A model generated the notes under the pieces. The model was not told the DNA's origin and did not search any database. It was given only the letters and a program-made list of their open reading frames with translations. From the IMG/VR virus record IMGVR_UViG_3300043466_001742, positions 1-64,000 of that record: a stretch of DNA of 64,000 nt; one strand, written 5' to 3'. Shown piece after piece: positions 1-9,619 of this stretch; position 1 is the stretch's first letter, and each line of letters opens with the position of its first letter. Position numbers and translations under genes: made by a program. Source of the stretch: an uncultured virus (IMG/VR IMGVR_UViG_3300043466_001742). Lineage: Duplodnaviria; Heunggongvirae; Uroviricota; Caudoviricetes.

Positions 1-2
1 TT

Positions 3-497
3 GTTAAAGTAATTGATCGTGACAACGAACAAGATGGTCCTAAATTCTGGAGATTTAAACACAATTACAAGCAAGAAGGAATTTTTGATAAAATCATTCC
101 AATTTACAAAGCAAAAGGTGATGTTGCCGATCAAGATAATGGTAGAGACCTTATTCTTGAATTAACAAAAGCAAAAACACCAAAAGGGGCTTTCTATACT
201 GTAATTCAAACAGTTATGTATGATGATCCATCTCCAGTTCACGAAGATGTTGATACAATGGCAGAATGGGTTGGTGATGAACTTACTTGGGAAGATGTTT
301 ATTCTAAAAAACCAGTAGAATATCTTGAAGCAATTGCTCGTGGTGAAACACCAAGATGGGATTCTGATGCTGGAAAATATATCTACGGAGATTCATCAGA
401 AGGAGAAATCGTAATGGGTGGTAAAAAATCTAAACCTGAAACAAAGGTTGAAGATCCACAAGCAAACGATGAAATTGATGAAGAATTACCATTCTAA
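3..497 (+). CDS. Single-stranded DNA-binding protein, gp32-like (5' partial)
   Basis: Frame is open from the window edge (VKVIDRDNEQDGPKFWRF...DNGRDLILE). It ends in an acidic DEELPF tail typical of SSBs and lies next to the recombinase. Confidence 0.75.
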   Translation, partial: VKVIDRDNEQDGPKFWRFKHNYKQEGIFDKIIPIYKAKGDVADQDNGRDLILELTKAKTPKGAFYTVIQTVMYDDPSPVHEDVDTMAEWVGDELTWEDVYSKKPVEYLEAIARGETPRWDSDAGKYIYGDSSEGEIVMGGKKSKPETKVEDPQANDEIDEELPF

Positions 498-512
498 ATT
501 TTATTAAAATAT

Positions 513-547
513 GTGGGTATATTAATACACAATATACCCACTTTTTC
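513..547 (+). terminator. Intrinsic terminator
   Basis: GTGGGTATATT-N7-AATATACCCAC stem followed by a T-run. Confidence 0.7.
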
Positions 548-570
548 TTATCTTTTTATAAAAGAAAAAT

Positions 571-1581
571 ATGGCAATCAAAAAAAATGACTTTAGTTCG
601 ATTAAGAAAAAATTTTCATCGGACGCAAAATACAAACCACAAAGATACTTTGATTTAGGACCAGCATTTTTGGATGCTGTGGGTCTTCCAGGTCCTGCTA
701 TGGGACACATCAATATGTTTTTAGGACACTCGGATACTGGTAAAACAACAGCCCTTGTTAAAACTGCTGTTGATGCACAAAAAAAACAAATTTTACCTGT
801 GTTTATTATTACAGAACAAAAATGGTCTTTCGAACACTCAAAACTAATGGGTTTTGAATGTGAAGAAGTTGTGGATGAAGAAACTGGTGAATTAACTTGG
901 GATGGATTCTTTTTATTTAATAACAATTTTAGTTATATAGAACAAATAACAGATTATATAAATGATTTGTTAGATGCACAAGAAAAGGGAGAACTTGATT
1001 ATTCACTTTGTATTATGTGGGATTCTGTTGGTTCTGTTCCTTGTAAAATGACTTATGAAGGTAAAGGTGGTAAACAACATAACGCATCAGTTCTTGCCGA
1101 TAAAATTGGTATGGGAATTAATCAAAGAATTTCTGGATCAAGAAAAGCTGACTCAAAATATGAAAACACATTAATTATAGTTAATCAACCTTGGGTTGAA
1201 CTACCAGATAATCCATTCGGACAACCAAAAATTAAAGCAAAAGGTGGTGAAGCAATTTGGTTAAACTCTTCTTTAGTTTTCTTATTTGGAAATCAAAAAG
1301 GAGCCGGAACCACAAAAATTACAGCAACAAAAGACAAAAGAACTGTTAAATTTGCATCAAGAACAAAAGTGTCAGTTATGAAAAACCACATTAATGGTCT
1401 TGGTTTTGAGGATGGAAAAATTATTGTAACACCACACGGGTTTTTACCTGGTAAGGAAGCTTCTGAAGAAAAGGCATCGATTGAATCTTACAAGAAAGAA
1501 CATGCCGATTATTGGAAAGACATTATTGGTGTAGATGGTGAATTTGATTTAAAAGAAGAAAAAGTTTATGAGCAAGAATAA
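571..1581 (+). CDS. recA: RecA/UvsX-like recombinase
   Basis: Walker A GHSDTGKT, Walker B IMWDSV, IVNQ and KGGEA loop motifs, and C-terminal KNH. Confidence 0.88.
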   Translation: MAIKKNDFSSIKKKFSSDAKYKPQRYFDLGPAFLDAVGLPGPAMGHINMFLGHSDTGKTTALVKTAVDAQKKQILPVFIITEQKWSFEHSKLMGFECEEVVDEETGELTWDGFFLFNNNFSYIEQITDYINDLLDAQEKGELDYSLCIMWDSVGSVPCKMTYEGKGGKQHNASVLADKIGMGINQRISGSRKADSKYENTLIIVNQPWVELPDNPFGQPKIKAKGGEAIWLNSSLVFLFGNQKGAGTTKITATKDKRTVKFASRTKVSVMKNHINGLGFEDGKIIVTPHGFLPGKEASEEKASIESYKKEHADYWKDIIGVDGEFDLKEEKVYEQE

Positions 1582-3655
1582 ATTAAAAGTAGTATCATTA
1601 TTTTCCGGTTACGGAACACAAGAATTAGCACTAAAGTATATTGGTGTTGATTATGAGAATGTTGCAAATTGTGACAACTTCAAACAAGCGAATGAATGCT
1701 ATGATGTTTTACATACAACAACTCACGGTAATCTTGGTGATATAAGAATGATAAATGAGAATACATTCCCAGAGTGTGATTTATTAACATATTCATTTCC
1801 ATGTTTTACTAAAGATACATTAGTATTAACAAGTGTTGGGTATAAAAATATTGTTGATGTTGAAATTGATGATTTGGTTTTAACACATACTAACACATAT
1901 AAAAAAGTTACAAACAAATTTGATCAAGGTAAAAAAGAAATTTGGGAAATAAAATCACCAATATTTGATGAATTAAAAACAACAGAAAATCATAGATTCT
2001 ATGTTAGAACAAGAATAAATGGTAATAAAAATAATACTACCAAACCACACTGGAAAGAATGTAAAGATTTAACAAAAAATGACTACCTTGGTGTTGCAAT
2101 TAATCAAAATAGTATTATACCAAAGTGGGGTGGGATTGAGTTCAAATGGAATGATGGAAGAAAACCAAGATACAAAAATGAGTTATCACAACATATGGAT
2201 AATGAAGATTTTTGGTGGTTGATTGGTAGATATATTGGTGATGGTTGGTCAAGAAATCAAGCCGGAATAATTATATGTTGTACAAATAAAAATGATTCTG
2301 AATTACAAGAAATTAGTGAAAGATTGGAAAGATTAAAATTTAATGCGGCAGTTGTTAGAGATGGATCAACATATAAGATACATTTACCAAAAAAAGAAAT
2401 TGGTTTATTTGTTGAACAATTTGGGAAGTATGCCCATGGTAAAAAATTGACTAATACAATTTTTGATTTACCAAGAAATCTTTTGACATCATTTATCCAG
2501 GGTTATTTTTCCGCGGATGGAAGCTTTTATCAAAATTCAACAAGACAAAGAATTATAAGTGTAAGTCGTGAATTAATTTATGGTATTGGACAATGTATTG
2601 CAAAATGTTATAATGTACCCTATTCTATCTATAAAACAAAAAATAAAGATAAATACATTATTGAGGGTAGATATGTTAATCAAAGAGATAGTTACACAAT
2701 TGCTTTTGATTTAGACCAAAGTAAAAATAAAAAATCTTTTTTTGATAATGGTTTTATTTGGACACCAATTAAAGGTATTATCAATACAAATAATACTGAA
2801 TTTGTTTATGATATTGAAGTAGATGAAGACCATTCATTCACAGCAAATGGTTGTATCGCTCATAATTGTCAAGACATTTCAATTTCCGGGGTTCAAAAAG
2901 GAATTAAAGAAGGAACAAGAAGTGGGCTGTTATTTGAAGTCGAGAGATTATTAAGTATCAATAGACCAAAGTTTCTTTTAATGGAAAATGTTAAAAATCT
3001 AATTTCAAAAAACCACATTGATAATTTTCAAAAACACATATACTTCTTACGAGGACTTGGATATAGTTCATTCTGGAGAGTATTGAATGGGGCTGATTTC
3101 GGATGCCCCCAAAATAGAGAAAGAGTTTTTATGATGTCAGTTCTTAATAGTAGTATTGATGATGTTAGAGAAAAGATGACAAATGTAGATAATCATAAAA
3201 AAGAAAGATTACCAATGAGATCATTTATAGATCAAAATTTTAACGAATCTTTAATTGTTGATTGTCACTTTACACCACACCAACCAAAAAAACATACAAT
3301 CTGTAAGTTAGTTGGTAGAAGAGATGATATTAGTTACGATCAAGCAAGAAGAATTTATTCTGTTGATGGTTGTTCACCAACACTAACAACAAGTGGATCA
3401 CCGCAAATTCTAACAGAAGATGGTAGAGTAAGAACTATTACAGCAAGAGAAGGGTATAGATTTATGGGTGTTAAAGAACAAGATATTGATTTATTACTTA
3501 CAACATCATTATCAAATACGGCACATGTTGCACTAGCTGGAAACTCAATTTGTGTTCCGGTAATGGAAGCGATCTTTACGGAGTTTTTCTCTGACTATAT
3601 CACAAAAGAAGAACCAATATTGTCAAACCCACTTAACGAAGAAATTAATGACTAA
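1568..3655 (+). CDS. DNA (cytosine-5) methyltransferase containing an intein
   Basis: Motif I LFSGYG, motif IV SFP|CQD split by an intein, ENV, QNRER, and C-terminal AGNS. Confidence 0.92.
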   Translation: MSKNKLKVVSLFSGYGTQELALKYIGVDYENVANCDNFKQANECYDVLHTTTHGNLGDIRMINENTFPECDLLTYSFPCFTKDTLVLTSVGYKNIVDVEIDDLVLTHTNTYKKVTNKFDQGKKEIWEIKSPIFDELKTTENHRFYVRTRINGNKNNTTKPHWKECKDLTKNDYLGVAINQNSIIPKWGGIEFKWNDGRKPRYKNELSQHMDNEDFWWLIGRYIGDGWSRNQAGIIICCTNKNDSELQEISERLERLKFNAAVVRDGSTYKIHLPKKEIGLFVEQFGKYAHGKKLTNTIFDLPRNLLTSFIQGYFSADGSFYQNSTRQRIISVSRELIYGIGQCIAKCYNVPYSIYKTKNKDKYIIEGRYVNQRDSYTIAFDLDQSKNKKSFFDNGFIWTPIKGIINTNNTEFVYDIEVDEDHSFTANGCIAHNCQDISISGVQKGIKEGTRSGLLFEVERLLSINRPKFLLMENVKNLISKNHIDNFQKHIYFLRGLGYSSFWRVLNGADFGCPQNRERVFMMSVLNSSIDDVREKMTNVDNHKKERLPMRSFIDQNFNESLIVDCHFTPHQPKKHTICKLVGRRDDISYDQARRIYSVDGCSPTLTTSGSPQILTEDGRVRTITAREGYRFMGVKEQDIDLLLTTSLSNTAHVALAGNSICVPVMEAIFTEFFSDYITKEEPILSNPLNEEIND
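1802..2866 (+). mobile_element. Intein with LAGLIDADG homing endonuclease (355 aa)
   Basis: Starts CFTKDTLV, has block B TTENHRFY, LAGLIDADG-like motifs LIGRYIGDG and FIQGYFSADG, block F VYDIEV, and ends IAHN followed by Cys+1. Confidence 0.93.
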
Positions 3656-4664
3656 AACCTTATTGGTTGATGGTAACAACCTATTAAAGATAGGCGTACA
3701 CGGTGTTAGGGATTTCTTTAACAATGGAGAACATGTTGGTGGAACTTGGCATTTTCTAAACACTTTAAGAAGATTTTTAGAGGAAAATAATTACAATAAA
3801 GTTGTAGTTTGTTGGGATAGTGAAACCGGATCTTCACAGAGAAGAATTATCTATCCCAAATACAAACTAAATAGAAAACAAAAAAACGAAGAAGATTTTA
3901 AAGAACAATCTTTTATTACTCAAAAAAATAGGGTAAAACAATACCTTGAAGAAATGTTTGTAAGACAATTGGAAGTAGAACAATCGGAGGCCGACGATTT
4001 GATTGCTTATTATTGTCAAATTTCTGAAGATGAAGATAAAACTATATTTTCATCTGATAGAGACCTAACACAACTTATTTCAGAGAAGGTAACCATATAT
4101 TCACCCCAACAAAAAAGATATTATAAGAATGGTGATGGGATTAAAATTTATGAATCCGAAATACCACATTATAATGTTAAAACCTACAAAATATTAACTG
4201 GTGATAGTTCAGATAATATTGATGGTATTTTTTATTTGGGTGAAAAAACATTTCTTAAATTGTTTCCGGAGATACTTGATACAGAATTAAAATATACTGA
4301 TATTTTAACAAAGGCTGAAAAGTTACTTTCGGAACAGAAAGGAAATGTTGCCTTACAAAATCTCTTAAGTGGGAAAACCAAAGAGGGAATATTTGGAGAA
4401 GAGTTTTTCACAATTAACGAAAAAATAGTGGACCTAGCTAATCCACTAATTTCGGAAGAAGGAAAAGAATTGGTTAGATTATATCATTCGGAGTCTTTGG
4501 ATCCAGACGGAAGAGGGCATAGAAATTTAATTAAAATGATGATGGAAGACGGTTTCTTCAAATTTCTCCCAAAGGGTGATGACGCTTGGGTAAATTTTTT
4601 AAAACCATTTTTAAAACTATCAAGAAAAGAAAAAACAAATTTTAGAAACAAAACAAAAAAGTAA
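3648..4664 (+). CDS. 5'-3' exonuclease / flap endonuclease (T4 RNase H-like)
   Basis: LLVDGNN, YKLNR, EADD, SSDRDLTQL and GDSSDNIDG motifs. Confidence 0.9.
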   Translation: MTKTLLVDGNNLLKIGVHGVRDFFNNGEHVGGTWHFLNTLRRFLEENNYNKVVVCWDSETGSSQRRIIYPKYKLNRKQKNEEDFKEQSFITQKNRVKQYLEEMFVRQLEVEQSEADDLIAYYCQISEDEDKTIFSSDRDLTQLISEKVTIYSPQQKRYYKNGDGIKIYESEIPHYNVKTYKILTGDSSDNIDGIFYLGEKTFLKLFPEILDTELKYTDILTKAEKLLSEQKGNVALQNLLSGKTKEGIFGEEFFTINEKIVDLANPLISEEGKELVRLYHSESLDPDGRGHRNLIKMMMEDGFFKFLPKGDDAWVNFLKPFLKLSRKEKTNFRNKTKK

Positions 4665-4668
4665 AAAA

Positions 4669-5118
4669 ATGAGAGAACAGGAAATAACAAAGTTAGAATT
4701 TTTGTTAATGTGTAATGACAACATTGTAGTTCAAAGATTTTTCAATGTCAAAGGGTTTAATAGAAACGCTAGTAAATCTGAAGAATTTTATGACTACATC
4801 AGAACTTTCTGTAACGAACTTCAATATAATTTGAAGATGAGATCGGTGGTTTATATGTTGGATAATCAGTATGAAATTTCTGAAAATCCGGAGGTATTAA
4901 ACACATCAATTACAGATGGTGATGAAAATTTTAACCTATATATTAAGGTTGGGGACATGACAATTTGTCATAGAACATTTGACGCAAAACCATACCCACC
5001 AAAGGTCAGATATACCGTAGACCTACGCCCAAAGCTAAAAGGTATCCTAACAGACCTGACTGACATTTTTTCAGGTAAAAAATTTAATTATTTTTATCCA
5101 CAATTTATTCAAAACTAA
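4669..5118 (+). CDS. Hypothetical protein in the replication cluster
   Basis: 149-aa ORF packed between the exonuclease and the helicase. Confidence 0.7.
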   Translation: MREQEITKLEFLLMCNDNIVVQRFFNVKGFNRNASKSEEFYDYIRTFCNELQYNLKMRSVVYMLDNQYEISENPEVLNTSITDGDENFNLYIKVGDMTICHRTFDAKPYPPKVRYTVDLRPKLKGILTDLTDIFSGKKFNYFYPQFIQN

Positions 5119-5152
5119 TAGTATTTATCATTACTGATAGGAGGAAAAAATT

Positions 5153-6541
5153 ATGGCGACAAACAAAAACTTTGAGTATCTTGGAAACAATTTTCAAATT
5201 CAATTACTTAACCAAATCATTTTAGATAAGGATTTTTCACATTCAATTGTGGATGTAATTGAGAACAATTATTTTGAAAACAAATACTTCAAAATAATTA
5301 TTCAAATGATTAAGGAGTATTATAAAAAATACGATCATACTCCGTCTTTTGATACTTTAGAACAAGTCGCAAAATCCGAATTACAACAAGAAACAGCAAT
5401 TAAGGTTGTTCTTGATACAATCAAGAAAATTAAGGATGCACCTATTGAGGGAGCCGATTTTGTCCAAGAAAAGGCACTTAAATTCTGTAAGCAACAAGAG
5501 TTACAGAAGGTAATGAAAAAAGCTCAAAAAATCATTGACGGTGGTGAGTTTGAAAACTATGACACACTTGAGGAAATGGTTAGAGAAGCATTACTAGTTG
5601 GTTCAAAAGATACATCAACAATGAGTGTTTTTTCAAACATAGACCAAGTATTAGAAGATGATTACCGACACCCAATTCCGATGGGAATACCAGGTATTGA
5701 CAGATTGTTAAAGGGAGGACTAGCAAAAGGTGAAATTGGTGTAATCCTTGCTCCTACCGGAGTTGGAAAATCAACCATTCTTACAAAGATTTCAAACCAC
5801 GCGTTTAACCTTGGATTTAATGTCTTACAAATATTTTTTGAAGACAACCCAAAAGTGATTCAGAGAAAACATTTTACACTCTGGACCAAGATTCACCCTG
5901 ACGAATTGTCAGAAAAAAGAGATGAGGTGACGAAAAAAGCAAAAGAAATTGAGGAAACAATGTCAAATACTTTGGATTTGAAAAAATTACCATCAGACAC
6001 CGTAACTATGCTTCAAATTAAAAATGAAATCAGAAAGATGATTGCTGACGGTAATAAAATAGATATGGTTGTTTTGGATTACATTGATTGTATTGTTCCG
6101 GACAAAAACCTAGGAGATGAGTGGAAGAGTGAGGGTTCGGTAATGAGAGGATTTGAAGCTATGTGTCACGAATTAAACATCGTTGGTTGGACGGCAACCC
6201 AGGGAAATAGATCATCAATTTCTTCGGAAGTAGTTACGACTGACCAGATGGGTGGCTCAATTAAAAAGGCACAAGTAGGGCATGTTATTATTTCGGTAGC
6301 AAAGACATTACAACAAAAAGAAATGAAATTGGCCACAATTGCAATTACCAAGTCTCGTATTGGGGATGATGGTGTGGTGTTTGAAAATTGCAAGTTTGAT
6401 AATGCGATGATTGAAATAGATACTGAATCCACAACTACATTCTTGGGTCTTGAAGAACAAAAAGAAGAAAGACAACGACAAAGAGTTAAGGAATTGTTGG
6501 AAAAAAGACAACAAAAAGAACAAGAAAAACAAAAATCTTAA
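5153..6541 (+). CDS. Replicative DnaB/gp41-like helicase
   Basis: Walker A APTGVGKS, Walker B VVLDYID, TATQGNR and KSR motifs. A GGAGG sequence lies upstream. Confidence 0.9.
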   Translation: MATNKNFEYLGNNFQIQLLNQIILDKDFSHSIVDVIENNYFENKYFKIIIQMIKEYYKKYDHTPSFDTLEQVAKSELQQETAIKVVLDTIKKIKDAPIEGADFVQEKALKFCKQQELQKVMKKAQKIIDGGEFENYDTLEEMVREALLVGSKDTSTMSVFSNIDQVLEDDYRHPIPMGIPGIDRLLKGGLAKGEIGVILAPTGVGKSTILTKISNHAFNLGFNVLQIFFEDNPKVIQRKHFTLWTKIHPDELSEKRDEVTKKAKEIEETMSNTLDLKKLPSDTVTMLQIKNEIRKMIADGNKIDMVVLDYIDCIVPDKNLGDEWKSEGSVMRGFEAMCHELNIVGWTATQGNRSSISSEVVTTDQMGGSIKKAQVGHVIISVAKTLQQKEMKLATIAITKSRIGDDGVVFENCKFDNAMIEIDTESTTTFLGLEEQKEERQRQRVKELLEKRQQKEQEKQKS

Positions 6542-6566
6542 ATAAAAATAATTAAATTTGTAAAAA

Positions 6567-8426
6567 ATGGATATTTCACAGAAAATATTGAGCGATATTA
6601 CAGTGTATATGAAATACGCTAAATTTGTCCCTGAATTAAATAGAAGGGAAACTTGGGAAGAACTGGTGACTAGAAATAAAGAAATGCACCAAAGAAAATA
6701 CCCACACATTAAAGATGAGATAGAAGAAGTATATAAAATGGTATATGATAAAAAAATTCTTCCATCTATGAGATCATTACAGTTTGGTGGAAAACCAATT
6801 GAAATCTCACCAAACAGAGTTTATAACTGTGCTTATCTACCGATTGATCACACTGACGCATTCTCCGAAACAATGTTTCTACTTTTAGGTGGAACTGGAG
6901 TTGGGTTTTCAGTTCAAAAACATCATGTAGATAAACTACCAGAAATTAAAAAACCAAACTCAACAAGAACAAGAAGATATTTGATTGGGGACTCAATTGA
7001 AGGTTGGGCTGACGCAATTAAAGTGTTAATGGAATCTTATTTGGGTTCAAAATCTTCAACACCGGTGTTTGATTTTTCAGATATTCGTCAAAAAGGAGCA
7101 TTACTTGTAACTTCTGGTGGAAAAGCACCTGGACCTCAGCCATTAAAAGACTGTATTCACAATATTACAAAAGTATTGGAAAACAAAAATGATGGTGATA
7201 AATTAACACCAATTGAAACTCACGACATCGTATGTCATATTGCTGATGCCGTGCTTGCCGGTGGTATTAGAAGAGCCGCACTTATTTCTTTATTTTCAGC
7301 AGATGATGATGAAATGATTTCTTGTAAGTCAGGAAATTGGTGGGAATCAAATCCACAAAGAGGTAGAGCAAATAACTCGGCTGTATTATTAAGACATAAA
7401 GTAACACAAGAATATTTTATGGACTTGTGGAAACGAATTGAACTATCTGGAGCTGGAGAACCTGGAATTTATTTGTCTAACGACAAAGATTGGGGAACAA
7501 ATCCATGTTGTGAAATTGCACTTCGTCCATACCAATTCTGTAACTTGTGTGAGGTGAATGCTTCAGATATTGAATCACAAGAAGATTTTGAAAAAAGAGT
7601 TAAAGGTGCTGCATTTATTGGAACATTACAAGCTGGATATACAGACTTTCATTACTTGAGAGATGTTTGGAAAAGAACAACTGAAAAAGACGCACTTATT
7701 GGTGTTGGAATGACAGGAATCGGATCTGGAGTTGTATTGGGTTATGATATGAAAGCGGCCGCTCAAGCTGTTAAAGAAGAAAACGAAAGAGTTGCCGGAT
7801 TAATTGGTATTAACAAAGCCGCTAGAACAACAACAGTTAAACCATCTGGAACATCATCACTTGTATTGGGAACTTCATCTGGTATTCACGCTTGGCATAA
7901 TGACTTCTATTTAAGAAGAATTAGAGTTGGAAAAAATGAAGCAATCTATACATACCTTGCAATTAACCACCCAGAGTTAGTTGAAGATGAATATTTCCGT
8001 CCACACGACACTGCAGTAATTACAATTCCACAAAGAGCACCAGAAGGGTCAATTTTGAGATATGAATCAGTATTCCAAATGTTGGAACGAGTGAAAAAAG
8101 TATCACAAGAGTGGGTTAAATCTGGACACAGAACAGGACAAAATACACACAATGTATCGGCAACAGTTTCAATTAAAGAAGATGAGTGGGATTTAGTTGG
8201 TGATTGGATGTGGAAAAATAGAAAATATTACAACGGTTTATCAGTACTACCCTATAACGGAGGTACTTACACCCAGGCACCTTTTGAAGATTGTACTAAA
8301 GAAGATTTTGAAAGATTATCAACAACATTAAAAGATGTTGACCTTACAAAAGTTATTGAGTTACAAGATAACACCGATCTTCGTGGTGAGGCAGCTTGTG
8401 CTGGTGGTGCGTGTGAAATTGTTTAA
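6567..8426 (+). CDS. nrdJ: Class II (adenosylcobalamin-dependent) ribonucleotide reductase
   Basis: YNC, GGTGVGFS, TNPCCEI, TTVKPSGT and C-terminal CAGGAC. No nrdB small subunit is adjacent. Confidence 0.88.
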   Translation: MDISQKILSDITVYMKYAKFVPELNRRETWEELVTRNKEMHQRKYPHIKDEIEEVYKMVYDKKILPSMRSLQFGGKPIEISPNRVYNCAYLPIDHTDAFSETMFLLLGGTGVGFSVQKHHVDKLPEIKKPNSTRTRRYLIGDSIEGWADAIKVLMESYLGSKSSTPVFDFSDIRQKGALLVTSGGKAPGPQPLKDCIHNITKVLENKNDGDKLTPIETHDIVCHIADAVLAGGIRRAALISLFSADDDEMISCKSGNWWESNPQRGRANNSAVLLRHKVTQEYFMDLWKRIELSGAGEPGIYLSNDKDWGTNPCCEIALRPYQFCNLCEVNASDIESQEDFEKRVKGAAFIGTLQAGYTDFHYLRDVWKRTTEKDALIGVGMTGIGSGVVLGYDMKAAAQAVKEENERVAGLIGINKAARTTTVKPSGTSSLVLGTSSGIHAWHNDFYLRRIRVGKNEAIYTYLAINHPELVEDEYFRPHDTAVITIPQRAPEGSILRYESVFQMLERVKKVSQEWVKSGHRTGQNTHNVSATVSIKEDEWDLVGDWMWKNRKYYNGLSVLPYNGGTYTQAPFEDCTKEDFERLSTTLKDVDLTKVIELQDNTDLRGEAACAGGACEIV

Positions 8427-8428
8427 TT

Positions 8429-8509
8429 ATGAAAGTGACTTGGGGAAATGATGTAACGCTAACATATCAAGTATTACTAGCGTTCTATAATTTAAGAAAA
8501 AAAAATTAA
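8429..8509 (+). CDS. Small hypothetical ORF (26 aa, MKVTWGNDVTLTYQVLLAFYNLRKKN)
   Basis: Fills the gap between nrdJ and the next ORF almost exactly. Not in the ORF track. Confidence 0.45.
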   Translation: MKVTWGNDVTLTYQVLLAFYNLRKKN

Positions 8510-8510
8510 A

Positions 8511-8747
8511 ATGACAGTAAGTGCATCAAAAGATTGGATACAACAGTTATATGTTCAGGAGACAACAAAAAAATCTCCTGAACCTGACTTTTATAAAGAT
8601 AAATTTGGGAATATTGTTATGACCGAATCTTACCATATAAAACGAGGAAAATGTTGTGGCTCTGGTAATGGTTGCAGACACTGTCCATATGAACCACTTT
8701 ACCAAAAAGGTAATACAAATTTAAAAGAATCACTGAGAAATCGGTGA
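8511..8747 (+). CDS. Small Cys-rich protein, DUF5522-like
   Basis: YHIKRGKCCGSGNGCRHCPY motif. Confidence 0.7.
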   Translation: MTVSASKDWIQQLYVQETTKKSPEPDFYKDKFGNIVMTESYHIKRGKCCGSGNGCRHCPYEPLYQKGNTNLKESLRNR

Positions 8748-8757
8748 TTTTTTTTTG
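8728..8757 (+). terminator. Intrinsic terminator
   Basis: AATCACTGA-GAAA-TCGGTGATT followed by a T-run. Confidence 0.8.
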
Positions 8758-8785
8758 AACATATATTTATAATAAAAATTAAATT

Positions 8786-9082
8786 ATGAAAAAAATTGTA
8801 AGATTAACAGAATCAGATTTAACAAGAATCGTAAAGAGAGTAATTAGTGAATCAAATGAAGACCTATATAATATGGCAATACAAAGGATTAAAAAAAACC
8901 CATCAGGTTCATTAAAAGCTGTAAAATCTTACAAACCAAAAAATCAAGAAGAAGAAAACGATAAGAATTTTTACATTACATTTATTGAATCGGTTATAAA
9001 TAAATCACCTATGACACCAGTTGATTACATTGGTAAAAGATTATCATATAATATGAGGTTATTTAATTTAATACCACTTTGA
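8786..9082 (+). CDS. Hypothetical protein, putative head-associated (LTESDL...VISE N-terminus)
   Basis: Stand-alone gene with TATTTAT upstream and a terminator downstream. Confidence 0.65.
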   Translation: MKKIVRLTESDLTRIVKRVISESNEDLYNMAIQRIKKNPSGSLKAVKSYKPKNQEEENDKNFYITFIESVINKSPMTPVDYIGKRLSYNMRLFNLIPL

Positions 9083-9089
9083 TTATTTG

Positions 9090-9120
9090 AAACCCCACCC
9101 TCAACAAGTGGGGTTTTTTA
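9090..9120 (+). terminator. Intrinsic terminator
   Basis: AAACCCCAC-loop-GTGGGGTTT followed by a T-run. Confidence 0.75.
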
Positions 9121-9156
9121 TTTATATAAAATAACCAACCCTTATATTTATTTGAT

Positions 9157-9615
9157 ATGGCAAATGGGGTTACATATGGAATAAATTTTCCTTTTAGAGA
9201 ATCTTTTACTGGTAGGTATTTAGATCTTTCAGATACAAGTGATGAGGAAATAAGAACTGATTTAGTCCATCTACTATTAACAAGAAAAGGAACCAGGTAT
9301 TTTCTTCCGGATTTTGGAACAAGATTATATGAATATATTTTTGAACCATTAGATGGGCCAACATTTTCAGACATTGAGGCTGAAATAAGAGATACTGTTG
9401 AAAAATATATTCCAGGAATACAAATTACAAATATTAGTATTACTGACGCTTCAGATGGTGAAGAAAATAAAGGAACATTTGTTAATTCACAAGGAGAACG
9501 AGAATACACAGTCCAAGGTATTGGAGAAAAAGAGCATACAGCGAAAATAAAAATAAATTATAGAGTAACAAATCAAGCATTTGAGTCAACTGATTTTGTT
9601 ATAATCAATATTTAA
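9157..9615 (+). CDS. Baseplate wedge subunit, gp25/GPW-like
   Basis: LLLTRKGTRYFLPDFGTRLYEYIFEP matches the gp25 signature. Confidence 0.88.
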   Translation: MANGVTYGINFPFRESFTGRYLDLSDTSDEEIRTDLVHLLLTRKGTRYFLPDFGTRLYEYIFEPLDGPTFSDIEAEIRDTVEKYIPGIQITNISITDASDGEENKGTFVNSQGEREYTVQGIGEKEHTAKIKINYRVTNQAFESTDFVIINI

Positions 9616-9619
9616 TAGT

